Positions 47,501-59,251 of a DNA stretch of 64,000 nucleotides are shown piece by piece. The notes beneath the pieces are model-generated. The model saw nothing but the letters and a program-made list of their open reading frames with translations. It was not told the origin of the DNA and did no database searches. The position numbers and the translations under genes were made by a program. Source of the DNA: Neodothiora populina (taxonomy: Eukaryota); the NCBI RefSeq assembly GCF_041146345.1, contig NW_027191414.1, positions 868,001 to 932,000 on the forward strand. Reading direction: 5' to 3'. Each line of letters starts with the position of its first letter. Within the stretch, counting starts at the first letter, position 1.

Positions 47501-49371
47501 GCGAACCTGCTGAGCCAGAAGATGCGCCGCTGCCACCCGATTTCACCACCTTCAAATCTAAGCCTGTTGAAGCGGACCTGCCCCCTATCGCTGGTAGCCC
47601 ACCTGTTGATCTGGGCGACAAGTCGCAGATGTCGTCTCCCGTCAGCTCCATCGGCGAGGACGATGGAGACGAAAGAGACAACGAAGATGATGAGGATGAA
47701 GATGATGATGATGGTGAAGATGAGGAAGAGAGCAACGACGAAGAAGTCGACGGTCCTCTTGATGATGACGACGAATCTTGGGCTGACGAAGACGACGACG
47801 ACGATGAGGACGGACCTGACCAAGACGATACTGTTTCACGACCGCCCAAGACTGCGGGCGCAAATGCTTTTGGGTCCAGGCTTACCTTTCCCTCCAATTC
47901 TGTCAAAAGTACGGGCCGGTCGCCAGTGCCGTCGACGACTCCGGCAGGTCTGCCAAAAGCCCCTATCTTCCCACCACCTGCCAACAAACAGACTTCACCC
48001 CGCTCACCTTCACCAGTGCGACCAGATCGTTCGACCGGTATGCCGCCGCCGCAAACGTCGGCTCGTCAACCATTGGCGAAACCTCCAGTCAGTGTGGCGC
48101 CCCTGAAAGCTCGACCTCAACAGCCGTCGGCGCCAGCGCAGAAAGCTCCACCAGCATCAGTGGAACCAGAGACAGGTGACCTGAGTGATGATGAAGACGC
48201 AAGGATCCAAGAGCTGCTTCACGAGCCAATCGAGCCTACAAAGGACTTGGACGGCTTCGTCGCCCATCAAGACTATCTTGGACATGTCACTAAGCCTGGT
48301 ATCGGCGGTCAGATCGAAAAGGTCTATCGCGACATCAACAGTATGATCGACACGCTCGGACTCAATGTGCGCTCACTCCAAAGCTTTATCAAAGGACACG
48401 AGGAACTGGTCCAGACCAGCGGCCGCGAGCGTAGTGATCTCGAGGACGCCGAAGACTGGTGCTTGGTTGAAACAGACGAACTGGGGGTCGTCGAGAAGAA
48501 TCTCGGTGACGATCTCGAGGCTGGAAAAGTTCACGATGTCAAGGACAAGGTCGGAGAGCTGATTGAGTTGTACAAGGAGTCAACGAAGCTGCGCGTCAAG
48601 ACGGCAGATATGAGAAAAACCATTGCAGCGCGCACTGACCCCCAACAGCGATCCAGCCATCGTGCTGCCGCACTCAACACAGAGGCGCAGATGCGACAGA
48701 CGGAGCTTCGGCAAGGCGTGAGCAAGGTGCAGAAGCTCTTGCAAGAAGCCGAAGAGTCACTGAGTGTTCTCCGCGCCGAGCTCGCCTCTGTGCCATCAAT
48801 CGCCGACGGAGCACCCACACAACGCGCTCCTACCGTCGAAGCCGTCACGAACACCATCTTGAAAATGACAGCCATGATCGAGCAAAAGTCGGGCGATGTC
48901 GACGTTCTCGAAGCACAGATTAGACGTTTGCCTCAGGGTCTCGCGGGTCTCAGCCTCGAGGACGAACAAGACATGATGCGCAGTAGTGTGCGCTCGCTGA
49001 ACGGTCGCGGCATCTTCAGCACCCCGCCAATCGTGAGAAGTAGAGCAGCCGCCAAAGGCGGCGCCATACCTCTGAACATGTCCGGCATGTTCGGCAGCAG
49101 CGTCACCACCAACCGCTTCGCAGCGTCGACGACGACACCTCAAGCGATGCGCAACAGTACCTACGGCTTCTCGTACACGCCCGAGGAGAGCATCGACTTC
49201 AGAAGCAGTGTCCGAAGCTTCGGCAGCAGCCAGAGGAAGAAGATGAGCGATGTCACTTCGGAAGAGGTCAAGAGATACCTGGCGAAGCAGGACCAGAGGA
49301 AGAAGGTTTTGGGCGCGCTTAGAGCTACGGTTCAGAAGAGAGGCACGCGTGTGAGCCAGGTAGAGAAATAG
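44599..49371 (+). CDS. NUP159: FG nucleoporin Nup159/Nup214; in-frame intron 44692-44751
   Basis: N-terminal beta-propeller (VSWSARGKQL), PAFG/SPFG repeats, acidic tract and C-terminal coiled coil. Confidence 0.92.
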   Translation: MSGWNFQNAAAAAPTEQGPVAGPEVEEITTSVCIQTVTDAPDHERLLIVPQSLGFQAIAGETKLKLLPNPWPEDQLPPPTASLLSIASKKGLVAAAGPDSLVIASTEAVRKGYRSDTPPDDNVQPFSPQTTISIPRVSQVAFSSDESCLVITAEAGGGFNVYDVDALLQGSQASAFQMATNNTSIRALLPNPAPEFAHLYAVVLDDGKLMVANLKDRQFTSVFREGVSCVSWSARGKQLVAGLQDGTAAQYDPQGAIKAEIPRPPQMNNIPMTSIYWVSNDDFFTVHTPTSGDDTDSVYHIIQRGKGPRDQSTGQVSVSFTARRLVIDPCPAFGMPRTPAHHFISRLRQFAPSLDEMLIMASTAAVDIGIITKASTSLAYDDMPQEKTVDTFTITGMLDDTRRAQMPMSAGDAMGDTSPIGMAVDLSCKENVVKPIPQEEIDESSTPVPALMVLNNEGLLCTWWIIYDASIRQGTAYPGLVAASSDAAPAAQPTPQQPPSVGATPSTGFGAFASAKPSFGSSGFGKPAAPAFGSPSTPGGFGGASSIGAKTSPWSSAAPAGGAASAFGKPAFGSTTSFGNTSGAGGAFGSASAIGNAKSPWGASTSATSGPTFGQASTPFGAASTTSGASGFAALTANAPEKPAFASGDSKPAPKSPFTSFGNDSQSKTSPFGTVAAAGDKNPSPFGSFGQKTTEKADTTPQPSFGSTVTLPSTTGGSFGAASTIGAKPSPWASPAAVESPAAPSKEEDISDDDDDDAGKSSQETARPEESKPAFGQPSEPASQSPFAQFATDKGKPSAFGQPSNTADASKPSPFAQVSKPSIFGQPSGKTADTKSPFAQVGSNQPGTSLFSKPSDKSTTSIFGQPSSKPAQSPFGNKSQSPSGIPKFSGFKLGSTFKKDDSASDDQPASKGSGDGLFGSAFGKTLGEAAKETPKEPETPIRESEADKTKTDAVSTTPASPPKGKDESEPAEPEDAPLPPDFTTFKSKPVEADLPPIAGSPPVDLGDKSQMSSPVSSIGEDDGDERDNEDDEDEDDDDGEDEEESNDEEVDGPLDDDDESWADEDDDDDEDGPDQDDTVSRPPKTAGANAFGSRLTFPSNSVKSTGRSPVPSTTPAGLPKAPIFPPPANKQTSPRSPSPVRPDRSTGMPPPQTSARQPLAKPPVSVAPLKARPQQPSAPAQKAPPASVEPETGDLSDDEDARIQELLHEPIEPTKDLDGFVAHQDYLGHVTKPGIGGQIEKVYRDINSMIDTLGLNVRSLQSFIKGHEELVQTSGRERSDLEDAEDWCLVETDELGVVEKNLGDDLEAGKVHDVKDKVGELIELYKESTKLRVKTADMRKTIAARTDPQQRSSHRAAALNTEAQMRQTELRQGVSKVQKLLQEAEESLSVLRAELASVPSIADGAPTQRAPTVEAVTNTILKMTAMIEQKSGDVDVLEAQIRRLPQGLAGLSLEDEQDMMRSSVRSLNGRGIFSTPPIVRSRAAAKGGAIPLNMSGMFGSSVTTNRFAASTTTPQAMRNSTYGFSYTPEESIDFRSSVRSFGSSQRKKMSDVTSEEVKRYLAKQDQRKKVLGALRATVQKRGTRVSQVEK

Positions 49372-49903
49372 TCGTGGTTGGCCACTCTCCTGCATTTTCC
49401 ACAAACCGAATCCAAAGATGATGTTGGTCGACGAGGATGAGCGTTGGTATTGGGAATAGTCGTTGCTCCTTGATCCACTCACTGCAGAGCACACGTTGGC
49501 ATTTGGCAAGTGACTCGGGTGCATGCCCAAGACCTCTAGCTGCCGCGAGCAGACATCTCGCGACAGCATCATGACCAATAAACCTATCACGATCGATCAC
49601 CTCTACCTAGCATAAAATAGCATAGCACAGCTTCACCTTATTACAACACACCAAAGAATGAAAGAAAACAAATCAATAGCTCCATCGACACCAAAATTCT
49701 GCCGATTCTTTTCTGAACTATTTGACTAATCAAGACTACAATGATCAATTTCGAGTCACCATCATAATCACACAGTAGGTTTGGGTTCTGGAACAAAACG
49801 CTAAAACACATATTAGTCACATCCCTGCCCTTCATAACCATCACAGTAGCACCGATCTCATCTCAGCCCAGCTCAGCTCAGCTCGAGCTCCTCTAATTCC
49901 AGC

Positions 49904-51631
49904 TCAAAGACCAGGCCTCCTACTCCCACAAACGAAACACCTCGTGAAATCCCCCAGGTTACGATATGACGGACCGCCTTCGTCATCTTTACCACTAGCA
50001 CTAGCACTAGCACCACCACCAGCACCACTGCTGCTGCTGCCACGACTGCCACGACTGCCAGAACACGCCTCGCTGTGACAGATCCACGAATCGGGAATCT
50101 TGGACACGTCGAGTACGTGCGAGCATACACTGCACGTTGCCGCCGAGGGGTCGTTTGCGAAGGAGCAGATTTCGCAGGGTCTTGTTGTGGGTTTGGTCGT
50201 GTTGTTTGTGATGTTTGTGCTGGAGTACATGGAGGTGGGGTGAGGAGGCAAAGTGGAGGGGGTAGGGGTAGGATTTGTGGTTGGATGGTTTGGGGTGGAC
50301 TGAGGGTTGGGTCGTGAAGGGTTTGGTATGGTGGTGGAGTTGGGGGTGGGAGATGTTTGTGTTGTTGTTTTTGTTGTTGAAGGGGCATGGACATCGCTCT
50401 GTTCTTGTTCTTCTGACTTTATGTGTACTCTCGTCGGTAGTGATGCAGTAGAACTTTTGAAGGGTGGTTCAGTGGATTCGTCGATCGTTGTTGGGGCCAT
50501 CGGCCTAGTGTTTGCTGGAAACGTAGCTTGAGGTGCTGTCTCGCTGTCTGTCGAGACGTCGTAGTCGTTTTCGTCGTCCTTGGGCTCTTTCTTGATATAA
50601 TCAGAAGCGTGGGTAGGTTCTCTGTGGATCGATGGACTTGATCGTGATACGACTTTCGGAGCACTTCCTCGATCGATTTCCCTCAATTCGTCCATCTCGC
50701 GCTGCGCACTCCCGTTGTCTTCTGGGTTCTCGTCCTCGCAGATTCGAACAACGTCTTTGTTCTCGTTCCAGTCACTATTGATGTTCGGGTCCTCGATCTC
50801 GGAATCCGTGTCTGTGTCATCACCACTGCTGGTCGCAGGCTGAGTCGTCTCTGCTTGGTTGCCGAACCTTGCTAGTGCTGCGGAGGCTCGAAGTTCTCTG
50901 CCCCGTTTGCTGTTTGCGACTCTCGGTTTCGAAGGCCGATGTCTGCCCTGGTCGAGTTCGAAGCGAGCATATCCATCAGCACCGAGCGCTTGCCCATTGA
51001 CACCAAACTTTTTCGCGATTCTTCGCTGTTTGCGTTCGGCATAGCTCAGCTGCGGTTTTGCCGAGTCGGCGGCCTTCTTTCTTTTCCTGCCGCCGCGGCT
51101 TCTATATGTGCCACCGCAGAGGTTGATCGGCGCCTCTGTAGTGTCGGGCATCTGGTCGTTCGAATATCTCCCACTGAGCAATGTCTGCCCGCGACCCCAC
51201 AAACCTTCGCCAGTGTAGCCTTTACTCCATAGGACTTTCAGTTCATCTCGGTTCGCGTTGTTGACGTTCCAGAAATCGCGTGAGTGGTTCATCTGTTTGC
51301 AATGGGCTAACTCATGCATCATGACCATTTGGACATGTTTGAAAGGATACCAATGACCCGAGGGAGTCTTCAGGACGAGCTGGATGATCTCGCCAGCATT
51401 GAAGTTGCGACCTAGAAACTCTTTGTTGCTTGGGTATTCTTCTAGTGACATGACTACTACATGGTTTGCTTTCATGATAGGGTAGCATATCGCCGCCACT
51501 CGTTCTAGAAAGTCTTGTGCAAGTTCTCGGTCTGGGCCTTCTCGTGGTTTGATGAAGTTGATGAGTTTGTTGGGTCTCTGACGGCGCTCGTTGATGCGTT
51601 CGAAGCCTAGGACTTTGTTCATGTTCGACAT
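49904..51631 (-). CDS. WSS1: WLM-domain zinc metalloprotease (DNA-protein crosslink repair) with C-terminal RanBP2-type zinc fingers
   Basis: LEEY...FLGRNFNAGE, HELAH..MNHS, SHP-like (GRGQTL, GQALG) and VIM-like (RELRASAALARF) motifs, CxxC pairs. Confidence 0.88.
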   Translation of the reverse strand: MSNMNKVLGFERINERRQRPNKLINFIKPREGPDRELAQDFLERVAAICYPIMKANHVVVMSLEEYPSNKEFLGRNFNAGEIIQLVLKTPSGHWYPFKHVQMVMMHELAHCKQMNHSRDFWNVNNANRDELKVLWSKGYTGEGLWGRGQTLLSGRYSNDQMPDTTEAPINLCGGTYRSRGGRKRKKAADSAKPQLSYAERKQRRIAKKFGVNGQALGADGYARFELDQGRHRPSKPRVANSKRGRELRASAALARFGNQAETTQPATSSGDDTDTDSEIEDPNINSDWNENKDVVRICEDENPEDNGSAQREMDELREIDRGSAPKVVSRSSPSIHREPTHASDYIKKEPKDDENDYDVSTDSETAPQATFPANTRPMAPTTIDESTEPPFKSSTASLPTRVHIKSEEQEQSDVHAPSTTKTTTQTSPTPNSTTIPNPSRPNPQSTPNHPTTNPTPTPSTLPPHPTSMYSSTNITNNTTKPTTRPCEICSFANDPSAATCSVCSHVLDVSKIPDSWICHSEACSGSRGSRGSSSSGAGGGASASASGKDDEGGPSYRNLGDFTRCFVCGSRRPGL

Positions 51632-52171
51632 GATCGCTTCTGATAGCCGCCTTTGGCAGGTGGCGATTCGGGATAGCCAACAGAGACGCACCACTTCAGA
51701 TTAGTACCGGAGGTACCTCCTGTATGTTACTGGTCACGAAATGTCAGACTGAGACGTTCGTGTAAATGAAGTACAAGTCATGTATGATAAGCGATAGAAT
51801 ATCTTTCATCTCTAGTGAAGATGTAGGGGACAGTCATTTATCGATGGTTGGCCGCGAGTGCCAAGACCAGTATACCATGATATTCTTTAGACGAGTGACA
51901 AGTGTTGCCGCATACTGTGCAGACAGGAGTTCAAGTGAGTGATGTACAGTTGTCGTGGGCTTAAGTAAGATATACTCATGTCTGACCAGCTGTATTCGAA
52001 TGTTCTCGGCTCGTGGTTGCGCAGAGTGTACTACGAACTCAAGCTTGCGTGACGCTAGCAGATCAAGACTTCGCTTCGGTGGTTCTTCTTAGTCCTTTGT
52101 CAATAATCATTGAGCAATAAAAAAAGGACACGATATATTCAATATAAAGCTACCACTTGCACGAATGCACC

Positions 52172-53213
52172 ATGTCTGCATCAGAAGAGGTAGAACAGAC
52201 GACCTCAATACACCATTATGCCGATTCGTCAGACATGCCAGATGATATACAAAAGTAGGGCGACCCTGGCTTTCCACCACGATCGAGCGGTCACTTACAG
52301 CGTGGCAGATACTGGCACCAAAGATACGATATCTGGTCTCTATACGATGAAGATGTCTGGATGACGAATGATGCCTGGTTTGGAGTGACTCCAGAGCCCG
52401 TAGCGAAGTATTTCACATCTCTTCTTATTCCGAATTTGCTGCTTTGCATCAACTCGATCCACTAGTCATATCACGGCATTCCCACCCCCTGCTTGTAAAT
52501 CAACTCTGACTTCGCAAACCAAAGCAAGATAGCAGAGCACCTAATCGAAGGCACGGACCCCTCCAAAACAATAATCATAGACGCATTCGCAGGCGTAGGC
52601 GGCAACGCAATCGCGTTTGCCCGCTCAGGGCGATGGCAGCAAGTCTTCGCAATCGAGAAAGACGCCGAGACGATGAAATGCGGCAAGCACAACGCCGAAG
52701 TCTACGGCGTGGGATCCAAGATATTCTGGATCAACGGGGATTGCTTCGAGGTGCTCAAGAAGCGACTGAGGTCCGTGGCCAAGGACGCGGTTGTGTTTGC
52801 CAGTCCGCCTTGGGGAGGTATGTTGTGCTGAGCCGAGCCGAGCCGAGCCTCTTCGTTATCTGAAGTGAGGATTTGGGACGGGACGATTGACTATATCACC
52901 AGGCCCCTCGTATAATGGCGACGATGTGTTTGATCTCAAAACCATGCAGCCTTACTCGCTAAAGGATCTGTATGATGCATACGCTGCATACGCGCGTGAC
53001 TTTGTGCTCTATCTACCGCGAAGCTCAGATCTCAATCAGATCGCAAAGTACGCACCAAAGTACAAGAATCAGCGATTAGAGGTCACGCATTATTGTATGA
53101 GTGGTTGGAGCAAGGTGAGTAAGAAATGGAAGAGAAGAGACTTCGTGAGTCGGGACTAATGTGTCTTATGACAGGCTATTTGCATTTTCTTCGGCGAGTG
53201 GACTTTTGAGTGA
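52172..53213 (+). CDS. TGS1: Trimethylguanosine synthase (5 exons)
   Basis: KYWHQRY..WFGVTPEPVA, IIDAFAGVGGNAI, FASPPWGGP and LYLPRSSDLNQ after splicing. Confidence 0.93.
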
Positions 53214-53704
53214 AGTCAGCACTGTCTACTCACTCGCATAAGCATCTCCCGCGAAGTCGACCATGGAGATTGAGGAAAGGCAATGAATGCTCCATTTTGC
53301 ATGCATTAGACAGGTGCGACTCGCAAGAGGCAACAATGTACACCCGCGCCAAAGCAGTTTACTCCAACGCAGTGCTTCAGGGACGGCACACATGATATAC
53401 CAAAGCGCAAAGCGATGATCAGAACACAAAGGAGCATTACCCATGAGCAGATGCATATAGACGTATACTGTTGAAAAACACTTCACGAAGAACCTTGAGT
53501 CCTGCAAAGGACACTGTGAAAAGGGCCTTAGACAGATATTATGCGCGATACAAACACCCAAAACATCTGAGAAAAATACAGTAGCATTCCGAGAAACGAA
53601 AATGAACGCTCCTGCAAGCAAACCAAATATTAAATGTAGACTGCGATGGTGGTGTTGACAAGAATGCTAGATTCATTCCAAGATTCGCGGATGAATCGAA
53701 GGCA

Positions 53705-53710
53705 TATAAA
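53705..53710 (+). promoter_or_regulatory. TATA box of the U5 snRNA gene
   Basis: TATAAA about 25 nt upstream of the predicted U5 5' end. Confidence 0.6.
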
Positions 53711-53731
53711 GTGCAAAAAGAAAAGAGCAAT

Positions 53732-53826
53732 ACATGGCTGCGGTCTCAATCTCTATCCTTGTCCTTGCCTTTTACCAGAACAAGCAGGGCTGAGCCGCCA
53801 AAGTCATTACCCTAATCTTTGGAACC
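53732..53826 (+). ncRNA. U5: U5 spliceosomal snRNA (ends approximate)
   Basis: Invariant loop 1 GCCTTTTAC at 53767-53775, closed by CTTGTCCT/AGAACAAG. Basal pairings GCGGTCTCA/TGAGCCGC and ATGGCT/AGTCAT. Sm-like site AATCTTTGG at 53814-53822 and an upstream TATA. Confidence 0.88.
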
Positions 53827-54408
53827 ACAAACCGTTTGGTCGAGTGTTCGACTCGCCTTTTTGGCGTTTTTCTTGGCGATGGTCTTTTTGCATTTCTTGG
53901 CGTTCATTCTGTGTTCACTTTTTGATGTGAATGTATTACAGGCACTGAGAGTGATGATAAAAAGACGTTATTTTTGATACTTCATCCATTTGATTTCCCT
54001 CTAATTCTCCTATATAATTTTTGGGGGGAAGAGCGCAGAAGAGATAGAAGCGACAACAAGAAGAATGGGGGAGGGAGGAAAAACTTTCATCATCAACCAT
54101 CACAATCGCTGTAGACGCACGAAAGCTCCTTTTTTGGACTAAGCAAGAAAGAGCGCGCCCGAACGCCTAGCTTTTTGTATCATGTCATATAAACCGAGTT
54201 CCCTTTTTTCTTTCGTCCATGATGCAAAATAAAAAGAGGAGCCTTGTCTGCGCGTGTGCTCTTTCTCATGCACGCAGCGCTCATAGTCGGGCCACCTGAG
54301 CACTCTACCCGCCAGCGCAGACCATTAACAGACAACGGATTAAATGTTCTCGCCGACTTCCATTGATATTCCCATCTTGGCCTCGTCGATGTCGCAGGCT
54401 CAGGCTCT

Positions 54409-55891
54409 TTACCTGGCAACGGCGGCGCTGAGGACCTGGGTACGGAAGAAGCCACCCTTTGTCCTCTCGATGACTTGCTGGTAGACGGACTGCGGGGGAT
54501 GGTTCATGACAACGGTTCCTTCCTTGTAGTCGATCTTTGCGTCGACGCGGGTATCTCTGATAAGGTTGACGATCCACTTCTCGCCCTCGTCTTGCGAGAG
54601 GCCTAGACGCTTGGAAAGGTCCCTGTGGCAGACTGTTAGTGTGACTGTAAAGGCATGTGAAGCGGCGGCACACAACGTACTTGATGTCTATCCTTTGGTG
54701 AATCTTGCAGTAAGACTCGGAGATCAGATGTCTTGCAGAGTCCTTGAATGAGTCGGCGAGAGAGGCAAGGAAGAAGTCGCTCTGGAGGATCTCATCGGCC
54801 TCGGTGAGTCTGGCCTGGGCGGCCTCGAAGTCAAAGTCGACGTAGAGGGCGGTGATGAACTGAGTCACAGGGTCGGAGTACTCGTAGTTCTCCTGTCTGA
54901 CGATGCGCACGAGATCCTTGAGCTGCTTCTGGTAGTTGCCGTGGCTGCCCTTGGAGACGGGTCTGTTCCTGTTGGTCACGACGGCGGCGGTGAGATAACG
55001 TAGGATCCACGGGCAGGCGGACTGGATGGTGTTGATGAAGTTGGGTGAGAAGAAAAGGTCGGTGAGGACCTCACGAGCGGGCTCGTGGTTGAAGAAGGGG
55101 TAGAGCGACCAGTGGATCAACCAGGAGCGGTGCTCGAGTTGTGCGATTGGGTTGTTGAAGAGACGGGTGTCGATGTTCTCGCGCACCTTCTGGACCTCCT
55201 CCATGACGTCCTCCCACTGCTCGGTCAGGATGTCCGAGACGAGCTTACCCCAGGTGGCTGCGGAAACCTTGTCGTTGTCGGTGCTCTGTTTGGTGGTGTT
55301 AGAAGATAAGTCTCAACGTAATGAAGATGCGCAAGGACGTACAAGAATTCTGAATTGGTAGAGGAGCTCAGAGGCGCTGTTGTAGTCGCCGCAGCTGTAC
55401 TGAAACTGGCCGAAGTGGTAGAGAGCGTCGACCATCTCGATGGTGACACCGTGGTTCTCCTTGAGGTAGTTCAAGTTGGCAACCTTGTCGCTGCGGAAGT
55501 TGTTGACGACGTCCTGGTCGGCGAGGAGATCCTGGATCTTGCTGCACTCCTGCTGGTATTGCTCTCTCTTCTTCAAGACATCCTCTCTCTTCTGGACGTA
55601 TTCCTGCGGTCGCTCGCTGAGGCCGTTGATCTGGGCGAAAAGGTCTCCGACAAAGTCGGTCATGTTGGTCTGCTTGAGGAGCTCGAACTTGAGGCGGGTG
55701 ATGTCGTCGACGGCGGAGTCATCTTCGAGCTGCTCGAGGAACTGAAGGAGGGGGAAGACAAGGTGACGGTCGAGGTGGGGGATGAGTTTGGGTAGGATGC
55801 TGTATTGCTTTGCGATGTCCTGGGGGGCCTGGGCCTGGGCAGCTGCATCCTTGGCCATGTCGCCGGCAGTGTTTGGTTGAAGTTCAGCCAT
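54409..55891 (-). CDS. INT6: Eukaryotic translation initiation factor 3 subunit E (3 exons)
   Basis: [25 protein letters not shown] and PCI C-terminus [28 protein letters not shown]. Confidence 0.95.
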
Positions 55892-55929
55892 TGTGGATGT
55901 CATGTACGAGTAGTCAACAACGAGGGCGG

Positions 55930-56152
55930 CTACTTGGGCTACTTGGACTACTTGGACTACTTGGTCAACTTCTGAAGGCGGGCGCCAGCGGTGGGTGGAT
56001 TGCGCTTTGCGTCTGCGAAAATCGTCCAGAGCGAGATGTGCATTCAGCCGGGGTTTGGCCGACACCGCCTTGTTCTTGTTCTTGTTCTTGTTCTTGTTCT
56101 TGCTGCCTGATCCTTGGCGCTGTCCCTGGCTCCGGCTCTGGCTCTGGCTCTG
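55930..56152. repeat. Cluster of short tandem repeats between divergent eIF3e and IMG2: 9-mer CTACTTGGN x4 (55930-55965), (TTGTTC)n and (GGCTCT)n
   Basis: Visible in sequence. Confidence 0.85.
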
Positions 56153-56302
56153 TTTCTGCCTGAGAATAGTGTACAGCTCTAATGTCAGAATAAATCTATA
56201 ATCTCCATATCACCAGCATATGCTAAAGTCAGCCTATTGCTCATCCACAATCACCACCACCACCACTCAGCATACCTTCTACATATCGTCTCACACAGAA
56301 GC

Positions 56303-56958
56303 ATGGCGGCTGCCTTCCAACCAATGCTTCCCTTCCTGAGGCCAATGGCTCCGCCCAAGCCTGCCACCATCAGACACTTTCTGCGCTTTTCCACCACGTC
56401 AGGCCTGCGAGACGCCGGTACGTCACTCTGTTCACTCTCTACTGACTTGTCGCTTTGATCAATGAATGTACTGACATGACGTTCCCAGGGGCTGTCGACC
56501 GCAACCTCATCGCATCCCAGACTGCTTCGCCGTCCTACCCTCCTCCATCCCTCAAGTCCATCCCGCGCCCAGTCAAGTCGCACTCCTCGCATAGAACATC
56601 ACAGCCCACCAAGGTCCGCAACTACCCCGACAGAGTCAAGCAGAACACATCACAAGCCCCGTCAATCGAGGCACAAACTCTCTCTGTGGACCAAGTCGCT
56701 CCGAACCTGCCCTACTTTGTGTCGCGGACGCCCTCCGACGAATACCCCGTCTACCAGGAAAAGAAGCGCGGCGGAAACCTGCGTCAGACCAAAGTCAAGA
56801 AGATCTCTGGCAGTATCGATGCGCTACGGGAGGCTCTTCAGAACGAGCTCGCCGTGCCCGAGGATCAATGTGTCATCAACAGACTCACCAACCACGTTAT
56901 TATCAAGGGCTGGCACAAGCCTACGATAGATGCATATCTGGCAGCCAGGAAATTTTGA
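56303..56958 (+). CDS. IMG2: Mitochondrial ribosomal protein mL49 (2 exons)
   Basis: LPYFVSRTPS..YPVY..KRGGNL..T.VKKISG..VIIKGWH..LAARKF. Presequence on exon 1. Confidence 0.9.
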
Positions 56959-57706
56959 GTTGAGGGACTCTATACAACTCTGCATTGTCTGCAGATTGAA
57001 GTCAGGTGAAGTTGTGGTTGTCCCTGAGAGGGAGAATTCGGGTCACTTGGCTTTCCTCACAGAGCCTATGCGCCGCTGCTTGTTGGAATATTATGGTCAG
57101 CGCGTACTCTGCAGAAGGTAAGGGTAGCGCTGAATCTACGTCGCCGTGATGGTTCAGTCGCATGAGGGAGCATCCACAGGCAATGCAAAACGATCAGGGA
57201 CAGGGGGCGATCCTGCCGGCGAGCGCAGTCTCACAAGTCACAAGAATAGCAAGCTTGAAGAAGCTCATTGTATATGATATACTGTAAACATAAGCAAAAA
57301 TGGAATGCCCTAACTGGGCGAATGAGGTTTCTATATCATGCATATAAGCTTCACTCGGCAACCTTGATGCAGGTGCTCGCTGATGTGTGAGCTCGAATGT
57401 GTCATCCACACATTGCCATATTAGACCGACTTACTCCTACCTGACTTGAAACAATCGCAGTCATCTCGTCAAATGCTACAGTAAATACATAGAACTACGT
57501 GCAACCTCATCGCTGGAAATGGTGTACCCAAGTGGCGACAACGCTCCATACATCCGCTTTGGCCCTGTTTCTAGTAGCCACGCCCAGAACTATACTAGAC
57601 TGCATGTAACTAAATAAACGCCTACTACCTGCCAACGACGATAACACGCTTTTCTTTTTCACTCTAGCATCACCATTCAAACACAAAACACATAATAATC
57701 AAGAAC

Positions 57707-58393
57707 ATGTCTGCATCATTAGCACCGGAATGCAACGAACCGAAAGAGTGAGTGTGCCACCACAGCAAGAGAGAGCCTTTCCTTTCCTTCCACCGTTTCC
57801 TACGGCTTTCAAGATCTGTCCCAGGCTAACTATTCCACCTCCAAAGACGCTACGACACCTGCTTCCTGAAATGGTATAGCGAAAGTATGCACCTCCACCA
57901 TATCCGACTCATCCCCTCCACATCTCCGTTACGCTACATTTCCCATGATGAATGAATGTCCATCAGAGGAAATGTATGTGCTTTGAAGGAATGCTATTAC
58001 TGACCACATGATATAATCGCTGTAGAATATCTCAAAGGCACCGCCACGCAAGATGAATGCGAGCCGTTGTTCAAGCAGTACAAGACGTGTTTGACTGTGA
58101 GTATTTTTTTTTCCTTCTCTGTCTTTTGCATCTCTCTTTCTCTGTTTCTCTTATATCCTGCTCGCGTGAGGTGGTCTTAGTGGTCTTCTGCGCCGGATGC
58201 ACACGTATGATATATATCCTCGTCTGGCTAGTTGACTCAAACCAATAAACCTTTCACTTGCTCTCATTCCACAGCTGGAACTAACGACCAGAAAAAGAAA
58301 GCACTCAAAGACCGCGGCATAGACAAGATGCTCGACGAGGCCCGAGCCGACAACCGCGAGGACGATATCGAACATCTCAAGCCTAGCAACTAA
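57707..58393 (+). CDS. MDM35: Mitochondrial distribution and morphology protein 35 (twin CX9C; 4 exons, absent from ORF track)
   Basis: Spliced MSASLAPECNEPKERYDTCFLKWYSEKYLKG...ECEPLFKQYKTCL..ALKDRGIDKML. Confidence 0.93.
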
Positions 58394-59251
58394 TGTGAGT
58401 TTTTCTTTTTCTCTTTTCGTCACATGCATCTTTATTCTCTTCTTTGTTTCTTTTGCCTCTTCTGGTCTTCTTGGCCCCTTTCGAGACGGTTCGTGGACCG
58501 AGTACACGTACGCTACGCACCACCACCGCAGAAGAATCTCCCCGATCACAAACTCCAAGTGCGAGAAGCATAAGGAGCAATAATTGGGAGATGCAAGCAA
58601 AGCCATGCCATACCGTGTGCATAGCCGGAACAGAAGGGAATCCATTGAGCTAGAGTCCGGCATTTGACTGACTGAGAGAAAGGTGCCCGGAGTTGTCTTA
58701 ACGGGGAACAAGCATGTAATCCTATATGAACGCATGGGCTGTGTAATGTACTCGAACACAAGAAAAAAGGAATTTTCAGCATGTTCATGGAGGAGGGGGA
58801 CGAATTCTACGCTCTATTGTCTACGGTATCTTTTCGAGAGATTGTGAACCAAAATGGGAAATCCGTGTGAGTTTTCTGCTGCTTGCCACACGGGATGTGT
58901 GCGTGTTTCTGACATGCGCTGGAAATACGACTCATGTCATTAATGGACTTTTCCAGAAAATATGACTACGTCAGTAGTTTGCGGTAAGCTCAGTCGAAGG
59001 GGGTCAAAAGAAAGTAGAGATTCACGAGACATCCCGCAGTGGTCTACCGATCTCCCGAACGCCCAGCTCTCCTCCCTATGAAGAAGCTGCTCTTTCCTCA
59101 AAGCAAGCCATGATCACCGCTTTGTGGATAAACATATAGATCTACCAAATCTCAGAAAACGCCACGCTATGCCAATAATCTAGTAGCCCTTGCCTCGAGG
59201 GGTTCGGTTTCCGTGGTCCTGTAGCCACTCTTTCATATCAAAGTCCTGTTT

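Noticed and set aside
53842..53856. GTTCGACTC as a tRNA T-arm or box B
   Set aside because: No cloverleaf. It is a short hairpin in the U5 3' flank.
3034..56065. Many long antisense or alternate-frame ORFs (e.g. 3305-4159, 14140-14874, 47069-48106, 55355-55795)
   Set aside because: Shadows of GC3-biased real genes, with no domains.
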